This document shows positions 9,534 through 19,987 of a stretch of 64,000 nt of DNA, piece by piece. Position 1 is the first letter of the stretch. Each line of letters begins with the position of its first letter. The stretch lies in IMG/VR virus record IMGVR_UViG_3300044991_001466. The stretch is one strand, 5' to 3'. The notes under the pieces were generated by a model. It was not told the origin of the DNA. It searched no databases and saw only the letters and a list, made by a program, of their open reading frames with translations. The translations under genes and the position numbers were made by a program. Source of the stretch: a virus (taxonomy: Duplodnaviria > Caudoviricetes).

Positions 9534-10397
9534 ATGGCAAATCTTACAAATCTTACCATAAACGACACTGGTTATATACAATTACCATCGGGTACAACGG
9601 CACAAAGACCCGTATCACCATTGACTGGTTATATTAGATTTAATACAACTATGGGTTTAGTTGAATATTACAACGGTACTTATTGGATAGATCAAACAAC
9701 CGGTAGAATTGCGGAAGGTGGTATTGTAACATCAAACTTATTACTTCATTTAGATAGTGGTAAACCAACGAGTTATCGCGGTGGTAATGTGTGGTATGAT
9801 GTTAGTTCACAATGTGCACATGGGATATTTGTAAACAGTCCAACATATACACCAGCTGATGGTTCGGGAGGTACCGTTTCATTTGACGGAACTAATGATT
9901 ATATTAGAATTTCTACATTAAATACATTACCAACAACACAAATAACTATGGAAGGTTGGATTAAACCAACAAGAACAGTAAGTACAGGTACAGTAAGAGG
10001 TGGTGTGGTTTCTGCAACAAATACAACATATTTGGGTATATTTAATTCCGCAGATGGTGGTAGTACACACTCTTTACATTGGGCAAATACTACCGATAGT
10101 AGTAGACCATATAGTGCAGTTGGTAATATTCCCAATAATGTTTGGTCACACATTGTAGGTACATGGGATGGTTCAACGAGTAGAGCGTATGTGAATGGTA
10201 CTGAAGTATGGTCTGCGGCACAGACAGGGACAATTGCCGCTGCCACATATGTAGTTGGAACATATGGAAGTGGATTGACAGATGGGTTGCATAATTTTCA
10301 AGGACAAATTGCAATTGCAAGAATGTATAGTATAGGATTAAGTGGAGCTCAAGTTTTACAAAATTATAATGCTCAAAGAAATAGATTTAATATTTAA
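9534..10397 (+). CDS. LamG/concanavalin-A-like lectin-domain adhesin
   Basis: N-terminal anchor LPSGTTAQRP...IRFNTT. LamG signature LLLHLDSG...FDGTNDY...TMEGWIK...WSHIVGTWDG...YVNG...RMYS..LS..QVLQNYNA. Confidence 0.85.
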   Translation: MANLTNLTINDTGYIQLPSGTTAQRPVSPLTGYIRFNTTMGLVEYYNGTYWIDQTTGRIAEGGIVTSNLLLHLDSGKPTSYRGGNVWYDVSSQCAHGIFVNSPTYTPADGSGGTVSFDGTNDYIRISTLNTLPTTQITMEGWIKPTRTVSTGTVRGGVVSATNTTYLGIFNSADGGSTHSLHWANTTDSSRPYSAVGNIPNNVWSHIVGTWDGSTSRAYVNGTEVWSAAQTGTIAAATYVVGTYGSGLTDGLHNFQGQIAIARMYSIGLSGAQVLQNYNAQRNRFNI

Positions 10398-10402
10398 ATG
10401 TA

Positions 10403-11110
10403 ATGGCAAGTTTAAAAAATTTAACAATTAACGACACTGGATTTATTGGATTACCAACAGGTAGTACAGCTGAAAGACCATCTCCATCTAATGGATATTT
10501 AAGATATAATACTACATTAGGTAGACCCGAAGTTTATATTAGTAGTTGGTTAAACCCATACGCCAGAACGGAAGGTTATTTACATTATTACGAAGGTAGA
10601 GATGCAAATTTATATACTGCAAATTGGAATAATAGCACAACGTATTCAATGTTAAATTTTGGTGGATTAGGTCATATTACGGCACATGGTTGGACAACTG
10701 GTCCTGCAACATATACATTAACATTAGGTTCAATTCCAATACACACACAAGTTCGTTATTTAGTATTTTGGCATTTAGTAGATTCGTTGGATACTGAAAC
10801 AAGTAATTTGTACTTAATGAACTCAGCCGGAACTGAAACTGAATTTCTAAGATTTACAAAGATATATAACGCGGTACCAACCACATCGGTTTTACAATCG
10901 GGAGCAACAGCAACGTGGAGTGGTGCTAAATCGTACACATATAGACCTTGGGCAAGTGGAGCATATGGAAACGATGGTTACTATTTATTTGATAGTGGAT
11001 ATTATGACCACACATCCACATCATTTACTGCAAGACACGTATGTGGTGCAGACCAAGCACAAGCGGATGAAGCGATGTATCTTTCACACGTTCAATTATG
11101 GATTAAATAA
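10403..11110 (+). CDS. Adhesin-like protein with the shared N-terminal anchor and an unrecognised head domain
   Basis: MASLKNLTINDTGFIGLPTGSTAERP...LRYNTT, followed by a domain unrelated to its neighbours. Confidence 0.7.
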   Translation: MASLKNLTINDTGFIGLPTGSTAERPSPSNGYLRYNTTLGRPEVYISSWLNPYARTEGYLHYYEGRDANLYTANWNNSTTYSMLNFGGLGHITAHGWTTGPATYTLTLGSIPIHTQVRYLVFWHLVDSLDTETSNLYLMNSAGTETEFLRFTKIYNAVPTTSVLQSGATATWSGAKSYTYRPWASGAYGNDGYYLFDSGYYDHTSTSFTARHVCGADQAQADEAMYLSHVQLWIK

Positions 11111-11116
11111 TAAATT

Positions 11117-12778
11117 ATGGCAACACTTAAAAATACAACAATAACAAGTTCTACGGGATATTTGGGGTTACCATCTGGAACAGGAACACAACGACCATCA
11201 CCAACAACTGGAATGATGAGATATAATTCAAGTCGTACTGAGGTTGAAGTATATGATGGTACCAAATGGATGAGTGTACAAAAAAGAAAAGAAAATTATA
11301 GTACATCTGGTTTAGTTTGTTATATAGATGCAGGTGACCCTAATTGTTATAGTGGTAATGGTAGTACATTAACCGATTTATCAGGAAATGCTAATAATTT
11401 AACTCTACCTGGTTCAGGTGTTTCATTTAATACTACCGGAGGAGGTTCTTTATATTTTGATGGAACCGCAAGAGCAAACGTTGCACATCATAGTTCATTG
11501 GATTTTACTAGTACACAACAATATACTGCGTTAATTTGGGTAAATCCATCATTAGGTGGTGGAACTTGGCACGGATTAATTAGTAAAGGAGATTCACAAC
11601 AATACGCCGCAACATTGAGAAGTGCATTCGGATATATTCATTATGAAACAAATTACTCATTGGCAGCGATAGATACACCCAATAATTCAATAATAGGAAG
11701 TAAGTGGCAACAAGTTGTCATTAGAAGTGACGGGTCATCAAAAGCAACATTTATTGATACAATACGATGTGCATATGTAACAGGTGCCGTTAGTTCAACT
11801 ACAAATACTGAAACATTGAGATTTGGTGAAGGTAATACGGGAGAATTACTTATTGGTTATTTAGGAGCGGTTATGATTTATAACCGAGCATTAAGTGATG
11901 AAGAAATTGGAAATATATTTAATGAACAAAGAGGTAGATATGGAGTAGATGCACCATTAGGATCGGCATTTAATCCAGCGGATTCGGCACAAACAATAAA
12001 GACCTTAAATACAAATGCACCAAATGGTGTATATTATATAAATTTACCCAATATCGGCCCGAGAAAAACATTTTGTATTATGGATAGTACATATGATGGA
12101 GGGGGTTGGATGATGGTAATGAAAGCCACACGAGGAACTACTTTTAATTATGGGGCAAGTTATTGGACCACACAAAATGTATTAAATCAAAATAATTTAA
12201 ATCAAGATGATGGTGATGCCAAATACGATGCATTCAATTATTTTGAAGGTACAGATTTAATGGCTAGATGGCCCGATATTCCAACTACTGGTGGTAGTAT
12301 TGCGGGAACAGGAAATTGGATATGGATGGAAAAAGGGTTTAATGGTGGTAGAGCTAGTACGCGAACAAATTTAGTAGATTTTTTTACTAATGCAGGAACA
12401 TACGAAAGTGGTGATGGTGGTACTTATGGTGGATATTTTTTAAGAGATGCAAAAACTTTTACTGGTTGGGCAAGTGGAGTATTTTCAAGTCAAGTAGATA
12501 TTAGATTTTATGGATTTAATTTTAGAAACAACCCATTGTATTTTGGTGCAACCGATGCCAAAGTTAGATGGGGGTTTGGTTGGAATGAAAACGGAGAAGG
12601 GTTGTATACATCACCCGCTACTTTGGCAGTTGGACCATATAGAGGTTCGGATGATGTAAGTGGTGGTATTGGTATGGATAGTAGATATGGTAATTTCTCA
12701 GGTGGAGATTTGATTGGTTGTTGTCAAGATACGACTGGTATAAATAGAAGTGCAAGAGTGGAAGTCTATATTAGATAA
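11117..12778 (+). CDS. Adhesin: N-terminal anchor + LamG + fibrinogen-C-like domain
   Basis: LPSGTGTQRP anchor; LamG (LVCYIDAG...WQQVVI...IYNRALS); NGVYYINLP...FCIMDSTYDGGGWMMVMK is the typical start of a fibrinogen-C-like domain. Confidence 0.8.
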   Translation: MATLKNTTITSSTGYLGLPSGTGTQRPSPTTGMMRYNSSRTEVEVYDGTKWMSVQKRKENYSTSGLVCYIDAGDPNCYSGNGSTLTDLSGNANNLTLPGSGVSFNTTGGGSLYFDGTARANVAHHSSLDFTSTQQYTALIWVNPSLGGGTWHGLISKGDSQQYAATLRSAFGYIHYETNYSLAAIDTPNNSIIGSKWQQVVIRSDGSSKATFIDTIRCAYVTGAVSSTTNTETLRFGEGNTGELLIGYLGAVMIYNRALSDEEIGNIFNEQRGRYGVDAPLGSAFNPADSAQTIKTLNTNAPNGVYYINLPNIGPRKTFCIMDSTYDGGGWMMVMKATRGTTFNYGASYWTTQNVLNQNNLNQDDGDAKYDAFNYFEGTDLMARWPDIPTTGGSIAGTGNWIWMEKGFNGGRASTRTNLVDFFTNAGTYESGDGGTYGGYFLRDAKTFTGWASGVFSSQVDIRFYGFNFRNNPLYFGATDAKVRWGFGWNENGEGLYTSPATLAVGPYRGSDDVSGGIGMDSRYGNFSGGDLIGCCQDTTGINRSARVEVYIR

Positions 12779-12819
12779 TAATATTTTAATTATTGAAATA
12801 TTTTTCTTATATTATAGGT

Positions 12820-13506
12820 ATGAATAATATCGGTATAGGTATAATGTGTTTCGGTGATGTTTCCTATTTTAACAGTACAAAAGAAAAAGTTACCAATTTA
12901 AAAGATATTGGAATTGATTGTTATATCTTAACCGATGAACCAGAACAATTTACAACTAAAACCATACACTACGGTAGACACCTCAAGTCATATCATGATA
13001 AGATAATATTAGTTAAAGAAATATTAAAAAATCACAATATCTGTATTCTAATAGATGCCGACACTTTTATCTCCGACTATTCATTTATCGAACAGTTAGT
13101 TAACTATCCATACCAAAATGGAATTACATATGTTGAAACTCTATTAAGTCATAAGATAAAAAAAGAATTCATAAGAGATATTCAAATGAATATTGGAGAT
13201 ATTGATTGGTTAAATTATAAAACATATCTCCAAAAAATATATCCACAATATGGTGATTTAGAGACCATTTACGAGTACTTCTTGGTTTTCAATAAAGAAG
13301 GATTAAAAGATAATTTCTTTCTCTTATATGAGAAGTTACAATCAATTAAAGAGGCGTGTGATGTGATGAGTGGAAAGAAAATTGTGGTAGGGTCAGCTGA
13401 AGGTGTATCAATACAAGTTGCCGCAAAAATTACGGATACCCAAATACAAAAAGATGTGGTATTATTTGAATTAATTAAAGATAAAATTAAAAATGATTCA
13501 AGATAA
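12820..13506 (+). CDS. Putative GT-A-like glycosyltransferase (hypothetical)
   Basis: Start reassigned from TTG 12793 to the in-frame ATG 12820, 6 nt after TATATT. YILTD, HDKI and ILIDAD (DxD) motifs. Confidence 0.5.
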   Translation: MNNIGIGIMCFGDVSYFNSTKEKVTNLKDIGIDCYILTDEPEQFTTKTIHYGRHLKSYHDKIILVKEILKNHNICILIDADTFISDYSFIEQLVNYPYQNGITYVETLLSHKIKKEFIRDIQMNIGDIDWLNYKTYLQKIYPQYGDLETIYEYFLVFNKEGLKDNFFLLYEKLQSIKEACDVMSGKKIVVGSAEGVSIQVAAKITDTQIQKDVVLFELIKDKIKNDSR

Positions 13507-14248
13507 CAATTATATAAAAAAATACATCACCAACAATCAAGAATTTGATGAAATGGGTGATGAAATATTAAAAAGTGTACCGTTTCGTTGGAGCCATGGT
13601 GCAACAGATTTACATATGGGTGATGGTATCATTGTGTATGCGTTGATACAACATATGAGAGCAAAGACTTGCGTTTGTTTAGGTAGCGGTGGTGGTTTTA
13701 TTCCACGTATCATGACACAAGCAAGAATTGATTTACACAAACAAGAAATATTTGAAGGTAACGGTAGTCATAATTGGGGAGACATAGGTGAGACCTATAT
13801 TGTTGACGCAATGAACGGAGTTGGTGGACAAGTTAATTGGTTTGATGAAGATAGTTTTCTTAGAAAATGGTTTCAACCAAGAATAATTAATACCACAACC
13901 GAAGATGCCTTTCATAACTACTTCGTTTTAAACGATATAAAGATTGATTATTTACATATTGATGCCGGACATAGTTATGAAAATGTTAAAGAAGACTTTG
14001 AACTTTATACACAGATATTATCAACGAATGCAATCGTATCTATACACGATACCGACCCAAATTATGCCGACAAATACATTGTAACCAACGAGGTTAAAGA
14101 TAGGGGTGATTTTGATGATTGGACAGGACCAATTAAGTTTAACCAAGAAATCGATGAGACAAAATGGGAAAAAATTAATCTATTTAATTTTGGTATAGTT
14201 AAAAACAAACCATCATCCACAGGAATTACAATTTTACGTAAAAAATAG
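13493..14248 (+). CDS. Class I SAM-dependent methyltransferase (Methyltransf_24-like)
   Basis: CVCLGSGGG motif I; IDYLHIDAGHSYENVKEDF; SIHD. Confidence 0.75.
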   Translation: MIQDNNYIKKYITNNQEFDEMGDEILKSVPFRWSHGATDLHMGDGIIVYALIQHMRAKTCVCLGSGGGFIPRIMTQARIDLHKQEIFEGNGSHNWGDIGETYIVDAMNGVGGQVNWFDEDSFLRKWFQPRIINTTTEDAFHNYFVLNDIKIDYLHIDAGHSYENVKEDFELYTQILSTNAIVSIHDTDPNYADKYIVTNEVKDRGDFDDWTGPIKFNQEIDETKWEKINLFNFGIVKNKPSSTGITILRKK

Positions 14249-14258
14249 CCTTAGACAT

Positions 14259-14287
14259 TTGATTTATACGTAAAAATTTCTTATATT
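14259..14287 (+). promoter_or_regulatory. sigma70-like promoter TTGATT-N17-TATATT
   Basis: ATG 14296 lies 8 nt downstream. Also reads as TTTG-N20-TATATTTT, close to the Bacteroidota -33/-7 consensus. Confidence 0.65.
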
Positions 14288-14295
14288 TTATACTA

Positions 14296-15147
14296 ATGGT
14301 AAGATTAGTTACAGTTATAGGTCACGGAGTTAAATTACTACCTCATTTCATTAAACATTATTCAAGATATGTTGATGAAATTAATATAGTTGTTTACCAA
14401 TCAGACTTACATCCAGATTTACATGATGAAGTGTCACAATACATTGAAAATCAAAACAATGTAAAAATTGTACATACATTAACGGAAAGAATATTTGATT
14501 GGGAAAAGGTAACTAGTTTATATAATTTCATAAAATCAAAACACAAAAATGATTGGTGGGTAGTCGCCGACATTGATGAGTTTCATTTATACCCTGATGA
14601 TGATTTACCAAAAGTAATTCAAACATGTGAAGAGTATGGTTTTGAAATGGTTAGAGGTGGGTTTATTGATAGAATAGGTAGAGGTGGAGAGTTTGCAGAA
14701 TTGGTTGACGATGTATCTATATGGGACCAATTTCCGAACGCAGGATTTTTTAGATATCCAATGAGTAGTGCAAACCCTAATAAAATATGTCTAATGAAAG
14801 GTTTTGTTGAAATAACATCAGGACAACATTATGCTAAAATAGATGGTCAAACAACTTGGAAATGGCAAGGATGGAATCATCCACAAATAAACCCAATCGA
14901 TTTCGTTCAAGTACATCATTTCAAGTGGGATAGAACATCAATCGAAAGAATAAAAACCGTTGCTGAATTAAACGAAGATTATGCATATTCAAATGAGTAT
15001 TTCACAATGTTTAAAGAATTAATAAAAACTAAATTTAGAATAAATCTAATGGAAAAAGATTTCATGTTTGAATTGGGTTTGATATACCCCAAATATGAAT
15101 TATATAAAAATTGGAATAAATTAATAAACAAAATAATATCAATATGA
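14296..15147 (+). CDS. Glycosyltransferase, GT2/GT92-like (Glyco_tranf_2_4-like)
   Basis: LLPHFIKHY...VDEI; WWVVADIDEF; K...GQH; VHHFKW. Confidence 0.7.
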   Translation: MVRLVTVIGHGVKLLPHFIKHYSRYVDEINIVVYQSDLHPDLHDEVSQYIENQNNVKIVHTLTERIFDWEKVTSLYNFIKSKHKNDWWVVADIDEFHLYPDDDLPKVIQTCEEYGFEMVRGGFIDRIGRGGEFAELVDDVSIWDQFPNAGFFRYPMSSANPNKICLMKGFVEITSGQHYAKIDGQTTWKWQGWNHPQINPIDFVQVHHFKWDRTSIERIKTVAELNEDYAYSNEYFTMFKELIKTKFRINLMEKDFMFELGLIYPKYELYKNWNKLINKIISI

Positions 15148-15169
15148 CACATATAAATATTGGATTAGA

Positions 15170-16576
15170 ATGAGATTAGCGATAATAGTACCATATAGAG
15201 ACAGAAGAGACGATTTAGATGTGTTTATACCACACATGGAAAAATTTTTAGCTAATAAACAAATAGATTATAAAATTTTTGTTGCTGAACAATCTGACGA
15301 TAGGGCTTTCAATTACGGTAAAATATGTAATGCAGTTTTTAATGAAATAAAAGATGATTACGATTATTTTTGTTTTCATGACGTAGATTTATTACCATTA
15401 AATGACGATGCTGATTATTCTTATAAAGACATCCCAACACATTTGGTTTTTGAGAATAAAAATAAAGAAAAGATATTACCATACAGCCAATATTTCGGTG
15501 GTGTGGTAATTTTTAGTAAAAACGATTTTATAAAGATAAACGGATTTGGGAATGACTATTGGGGTAAAGGATATGTTGATTTAGATTTATTATATCGATG
15601 TTTAAAAAGTAAAATTACCTTAACTAAAAATTACGATTATAATCTTAAAGAAATACTCAAATCTGATTTAAAATATAGAAACATTACCAAAAAGGTTTCT
15701 AAAATTGTTTTACCTGAAAATTCAATTATAGTTAATAGAAAATCTGACGTCATTGCCACCAATTTTACGTTAAGTTTTCATTATAAAGAAGTGAGACAAA
15801 ATAGGAAAAAAATAGTAATTTTTAGGACACTTGATTTTGGAGATTTCCAAATATTCACCATAAATGGACAAATGATTTTACAATTTTTTGATAAGGGTAA
15901 ACTATTCCAAATCGACATTAACAACGAAGTCGATATAACTCAGTTTAATCATTTTACATTTACTCACGATTACAATAAAAAAGAATTTATTATCTATATA
16001 AATGGTGTTGAAAAATTTAATATTAATTATACCATAAATTATAATTTTACCAAAAAAAATGTTATATTAGGTGATATAGACAATAGCGTAAAAATTGAAT
16101 TAATTGATTTTAAATTGTTTACAAAAAAACTAACAAAAAATGAAGTTAATAGAAATTTTTACTATGGGGTAAAATCAAATTGTTTTGAATTTAATAAGAT
16201 TACGTTTTACGATAATGTAACAAAATTTATTGATGAGCATTTTAACATTTGGGAAATTATGGGTAAAACAACATCCGATAAAGAAAACTTAATAATTGGT
16301 GAAATGTTAATGGTAGATGTGGTTAATAAACAATTAAATAAAGTAAAATATACACCAAATAAAATAAAAGGAAGATATGAAATTAGAGGTAATAAATTTG
16401 ATAACATTGAAACAACGTATCATCCCGATATATTAGAAAATAAAAACACTTACTATAATGATTTGTTGACTAATAAGATTAATACAAGTAAGTTTGGACT
16501 AAAAAGTGTTAAGTACACTTTATTGAATAAAATAGAATATAATAATAACACAGAATGGTTAAAAATATCTCTTTAA
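15170..16576 (+). CDS. GT7 (beta-1,4-galactosyltransferase-like) with a LamG-like insertion; degenerate acceptor motif
   Basis: AIIVPYRDR, FNYGK, FHDVDLLP, YFGGV, NGFGNDYWGKGYVDLDL, then a roughly 250-aa beta-rich insert before the GT7 tail. Confidence 0.8.
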   Translation: MRLAIIVPYRDRRDDLDVFIPHMEKFLANKQIDYKIFVAEQSDDRAFNYGKICNAVFNEIKDDYDYFCFHDVDLLPLNDDADYSYKDIPTHLVFENKNKEKILPYSQYFGGVVIFSKNDFIKINGFGNDYWGKGYVDLDLLYRCLKSKITLTKNYDYNLKEILKSDLKYRNITKKVSKIVLPENSIIVNRKSDVIATNFTLSFHYKEVRQNRKKIVIFRTLDFGDFQIFTINGQMILQFFDKGKLFQIDINNEVDITQFNHFTFTHDYNKKEFIIYINGVEKFNINYTINYNFTKKNVILGDIDNSVKIELIDFKLFTKKLTKNEVNRNFYYGVKSNCFEFNKITFYDNVTKFIDEHFNIWEIMGKTTSDKENLIIGEMLMVDVVNKQLNKVKYTPNKIKGRYEIRGNKFDNIETTYHPDILENKNTYYNDLLTNKINTSKFGLKSVKYTLLNKIEYNNNTEWLKISL

Positions 16577-17133
16577 CAAAGTATCAAGTTGAAAATCTTG
16601 AAAATATCGCAGATTTATTAGAAAGTATTGATTATTCTAAAGAAGATGCTGAAATTAAATTTTTAACTCTTATTGTGAATATTGAAAGCCTTTTACCAAA
16701 ATCAAATATTTTTGATTACGTGTTTAAGACGGATATCACGAAAGATAAGAAATTAGAATTACAGGAAAATAAAAAACAAAAATTTGTGGTAATAAATGAC
16801 AATGTGGAGTTGTTAAAATCATTACCAAATGATATTGAATTTAAGTGGAGCCAAGTAAATAATAAATACGATATCATAAATAACACATACGATGAAATAA
16901 AAAGTATCGAATCAAACATCCAAGATATTCACACACAAATGAGTGAAATAGCTTCTGAAAACGATGTGTTATATGGTGAGATAGAAAATATTGACTTTGA
17001 AATATCACAAATTGATAACTACATTGAGGAGTCCGAATGGAAAGTAGACTTGGATAGTCACGAAGAAATAACATTTAATAAAATAAAAGAAAAATTAATA
17101 ATCGAAAAAAAGTTTAATTATGGAAATATCTAA
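16555..17133 (+). CDS. Hypothetical acidic coiled-coil protein
   Basis: 192-aa ORF in the operon frame; heptad-like acidic C-terminal half. Confidence 0.55.
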   Translation: MVKNISLTKYQVENLENIADLLESIDYSKEDAEIKFLTLIVNIESLLPKSNIFDYVFKTDITKDKKLELQENKKQKFVVINDNVELLKSLPNDIEFKWSQVNNKYDIINNTYDEIKSIESNIQDIHTQMSEIASENDVLYGEIENIDFEISQIDNYIEESEWKVDLDSHEEITFNKIKEKLIIEKKFNYGNI

Positions 17134-17365
17134 AGAAGAACAACACGAATTAAATAAAAAGGGTGTTGAAGCTATGACAAGAATTGCAACCTCATTGGAG
17201 GGTATAAACGATTGGGTTTATACATTAAATACCGCAGCATGGTCAGAGAGACTAGAGTGGTATTTAAACGAATTTTATCAATTAGCTAAAGCAAAAACTA
17301 TCGGTTCATCCGATAGACCAACAAAAGAATATGAAGAAGAAACTGGCGATAATAGTCCCTTATAG
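17120..17365 (+). CDS. Hypothetical protein
   Basis: 81-aa ORF overlapping both neighbours in operon style. Confidence 0.55.
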   Translation: MEISKEEQHELNKKGVEAMTRIATSLEGINDWVYTLNTAAWSERLEWYLNEFYQLAKAKTIGSSDRPTKEYEEETGDNSPL

Positions 17366-18578
17366 GGATAGAAGTACTCATTTAAATACGTTTATTTCAT
17401 ACATGGAATCTTATTTAAAAGATTACACATATGAAATCATTGTTATTAATCAAGCGGATAACCAACCATTTAATAGAGGTAAATTATTAAACATCGGCGC
17501 AAAATATGCCATAGACAATGGTTTTGATTATTTGTGTTTTCACGATGTAGATATGTTACCAATTAATGCAGATTACTCATATCCTAAAGAACCAACAAGT
17601 CTAATATCTGAATTGGAAAATAAAGAAGGTAATATATTTTTTACTTACTTTGGAGGTATCACTTTATTTAATATTCAAGATTTTATAACGGTGAATGGAT
17701 ATTCTAATAACTATTGGGGGTGGGGATATGAAGATACTGATTTATTTTATAGAGTTACACATAGCGGATTATTTTTTGATTCTGAAATGATTGGTGAGAA
17801 TGACTATTCTTTATTTTCTGTTGAATTAAAAGAAGAGGATTATATAAAAATACCAATAGACTCTAAATTCATTGATGGCGATTTTAATATTAAATTAACC
17901 ACAAAAGTTGAATCTAAGTATTTCGATGAGAATAAAAATTATGATGAATATCCAATATTATCCATACCGGGATATAACATTGGTATTTTTTATAATTCAT
18001 TTAATAGATTTTTTATACAGGTTTATGATACTAATAAAAAACCATATTCAATTACAACGGACATTTTAGATGACGTAACATCAAGTTTTACATTTTCTAA
18101 GGTTAGGAATACAATTTCATTCTCAATGAATAACAAATTAATTGGTGAAGTTGTTATGGATAGTCCAATACTTAATTTAGACAATGAATTTATGTATATA
18201 GGAACGTTCTCTGAAAAAGAAAAAATCGAATTTGATTTAACAATAATTGACATTGAAATTGACGACTATCATTTAGGTACAAATGATTATGAATTAATAG
18301 GTGGCGTTATTAATTCTGATAAAATGATATCACATAGAACTTCAATACCAAAACCAATTAGAAGAGAAGGGTTATATCGTGAATTATATCACGACAGTAA
18401 CTCATCAATTAACAAATCTTGGGTACATAAAGAAACTAGAAATAATCAAATATTTTTTAATAATTTTGTTAAGCAAAATTTAATTGATTTCACTAAAGAA
18501 GGATTAAACACACTTCAATATGAATTAATTTCGGAAAAAGATAATAATAACCATAAAATTTTGTCCGTATCATTATGA
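17331..18578 (+). CDS. GT7 galactosyltransferase-like protein with LamG-like insertion
   Basis: AIIVPYRDR, FNRGKLLNIG, FHDVDMLP, YFGG, NGYSNNYWGWGYEDTDL, insert, then RREG...H tail. Confidence 0.85.
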   Translation: MKKKLAIIVPYRDRSTHLNTFISYMESYLKDYTYEIIVINQADNQPFNRGKLLNIGAKYAIDNGFDYLCFHDVDMLPINADYSYPKEPTSLISELENKEGNIFFTYFGGITLFNIQDFITVNGYSNNYWGWGYEDTDLFYRVTHSGLFFDSEMIGENDYSLFSVELKEEDYIKIPIDSKFIDGDFNIKLTTKVESKYFDENKNYDEYPILSIPGYNIGIFYNSFNRFFIQVYDTNKKPYSITTDILDDVTSSFTFSKVRNTISFSMNNKLIGEVVMDSPILNLDNEFMYIGTFSEKEKIEFDLTIIDIEIDDYHLGTNDYELIGGVINSDKMISHRTSIPKPIRREGLYRELYHDSNSSINKSWVHKETRNNQIFFNNFVKQNLIDFTKEGLNTLQYELISEKDNNNHKILSVSL

Positions 18579-19987
18579 GTCATAAATTAGGGATTTGTAT
18601 ACCATATAGAAATAGAAAAGAACATTTAGATAAATTAGTTCCACATCTTTCTGAACATTTAACAAAACAAGGAATAGAACATACTTTTTATGTTGGACAT
18701 CAACTAGACGATAAATTATTTAACAGAGGGGCGATGAAAAACATTGCAGCTAAATATGCGTTTGAAGATGGGTGCGACTATATTGCATGGCACGATGTGG
18801 ATATGTTACCACAAGAAAATGCGGACTATTCGTACCCATCGGAAACCCCTGTACATATCGCAACTAAATTGTCAAAGTATAATTATGGTTTAGGTTATGA
18901 TCAATACTTTGGTGGCGTTGTATTATTCACAAAAGAACAAGTTGAAAAAACTAACGGATACTCAAATGATTATTGGGATTGGGGAATGGAAGATGATGAT
19001 TTATTTTGGAGATCATATTTTGAAGGTATGACAACTGGTGATATCTTTAAAGAATATAAAAGTAAAAAAATAGGTATTTTCAATGGAATAAATTCACATG
19101 TTGAAATACCTGCTAATAGAAAATTAGTAGAATGTTTAAATAAAAACCATACAATATCTTTTTTAGTTTGTGCAGAACAACAACCAGAGAAAGTACCAAT
19201 TTGGTTAATTGGTGACAAAGAAAAGAAATTTATCGAATATCCAATCTTTGTAAAAACGGGCGGTTACAATTATATGTTATCTTTTAATAACTCAAGAGCC
19301 TTCACGATGAAAGTATTTGACGAAAGAAGAAACCCAATTTATAATTGGATTAAAAGATTTGAATCTCTTTGGACTTGGGTTACGTTATCAATAGACACAG
19401 AAAATAATCAAATGTATTTTTATCTAAATAACGAACTGACAAGAAATCAATTCGGTACCAAAGAAAATTTACCAATTTCTTATGAAGGTAAACTAATGAG
19501 ATATGATTTAAGAAATCCATTTATGATTGGATTTGATAATTTTACTAACACAAGATTTAAAGGTAAAATTGCAAGAATAAAACTATATAATAAATTTTTT
19601 AATAGTGAAGAAATAAATAACATAATTGATGATAAATTAGATACTCCACTATTAAATTTTGATTTTGATAATTTAACGCAAGAGTATCAATTAAACAACA
19701 TTGATTTAATAGATGAACAAATTCAAGTTATTGAAAATATTATACCATTTAGAAGAGAGGGGGTTTTTGATTGTCTATCACATATAGATGAGGGTTATGT
19801 AGGGGGTACGTGGAAAAAAGGTGAAACTACAGCTAAAAATGAAAAAAGGTTTGTTTCTGAAATGCAACAAGGATTGATTAATTACAAAGAAGATGGTTTA
19901 AATAATATATTGAATGTAATGGATATTGATAATGTAGATGTATCTTTATATCCAAACACTAAATTTATAAATGTAAAAATGAAATGA
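18575..19987 (+). CDS. GT7 galactosyltransferase-like protein with LamG-like insertion
   Basis: IPYRNR, FNRGAMKN, WHDVDMLP, YFGGV, NGYSNDYWDWGMEDDDL; insert has FNGINSHVEIP...WVTLSID...FYLNN...GKIARIKLYN; tail RREGVF..LSH. Confidence 0.85.
   Translation: MSHKLGICIPYRNRKEHLDKLVPHLSEHLTKQGIEHTFYVGHQLDDKLFNRGAMKNIAAKYAFEDGCDYIAWHDVDMLPQENADYSYPSETPVHIATKLSKYNYGLGYDQYFGGVVLFTKEQVEKTNGYSNDYWDWGMEDDDLFWRSYFEGMTTGDIFKEYKSKKIGIFNGINSHVEIPANRKLVECLNKNHTISFLVCAEQQPEKVPIWLIGDKEKKFIEYPIFVKTGGYNYMLSFNNSRAFTMKVFDERRNPIYNWIKRFESLWTWVTLSIDTENNQMYFYLNNELTRNQFGTKENLPISYEGKLMRYDLRNPFMIGFDNFTNTRFKGKIARIKLYNKFFNSEEINNIIDDKLDTPLLNFDFDNLTQEYQLNNIDLIDEQIQVIENIIPFRREGVFDCLSHIDEGYVGGTWKKGETTAKNEKRFVSEMQQGLINYKEDGLNNILNVMDIDNVDVSLYPNTKFINVKMK

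Noticed and set aside
4731-12778. Diversity-generating retroelement acting on the adhesins
   Set aside because: No reverse transcriptase and no TR/VR pair differing at adenines were found in the window.
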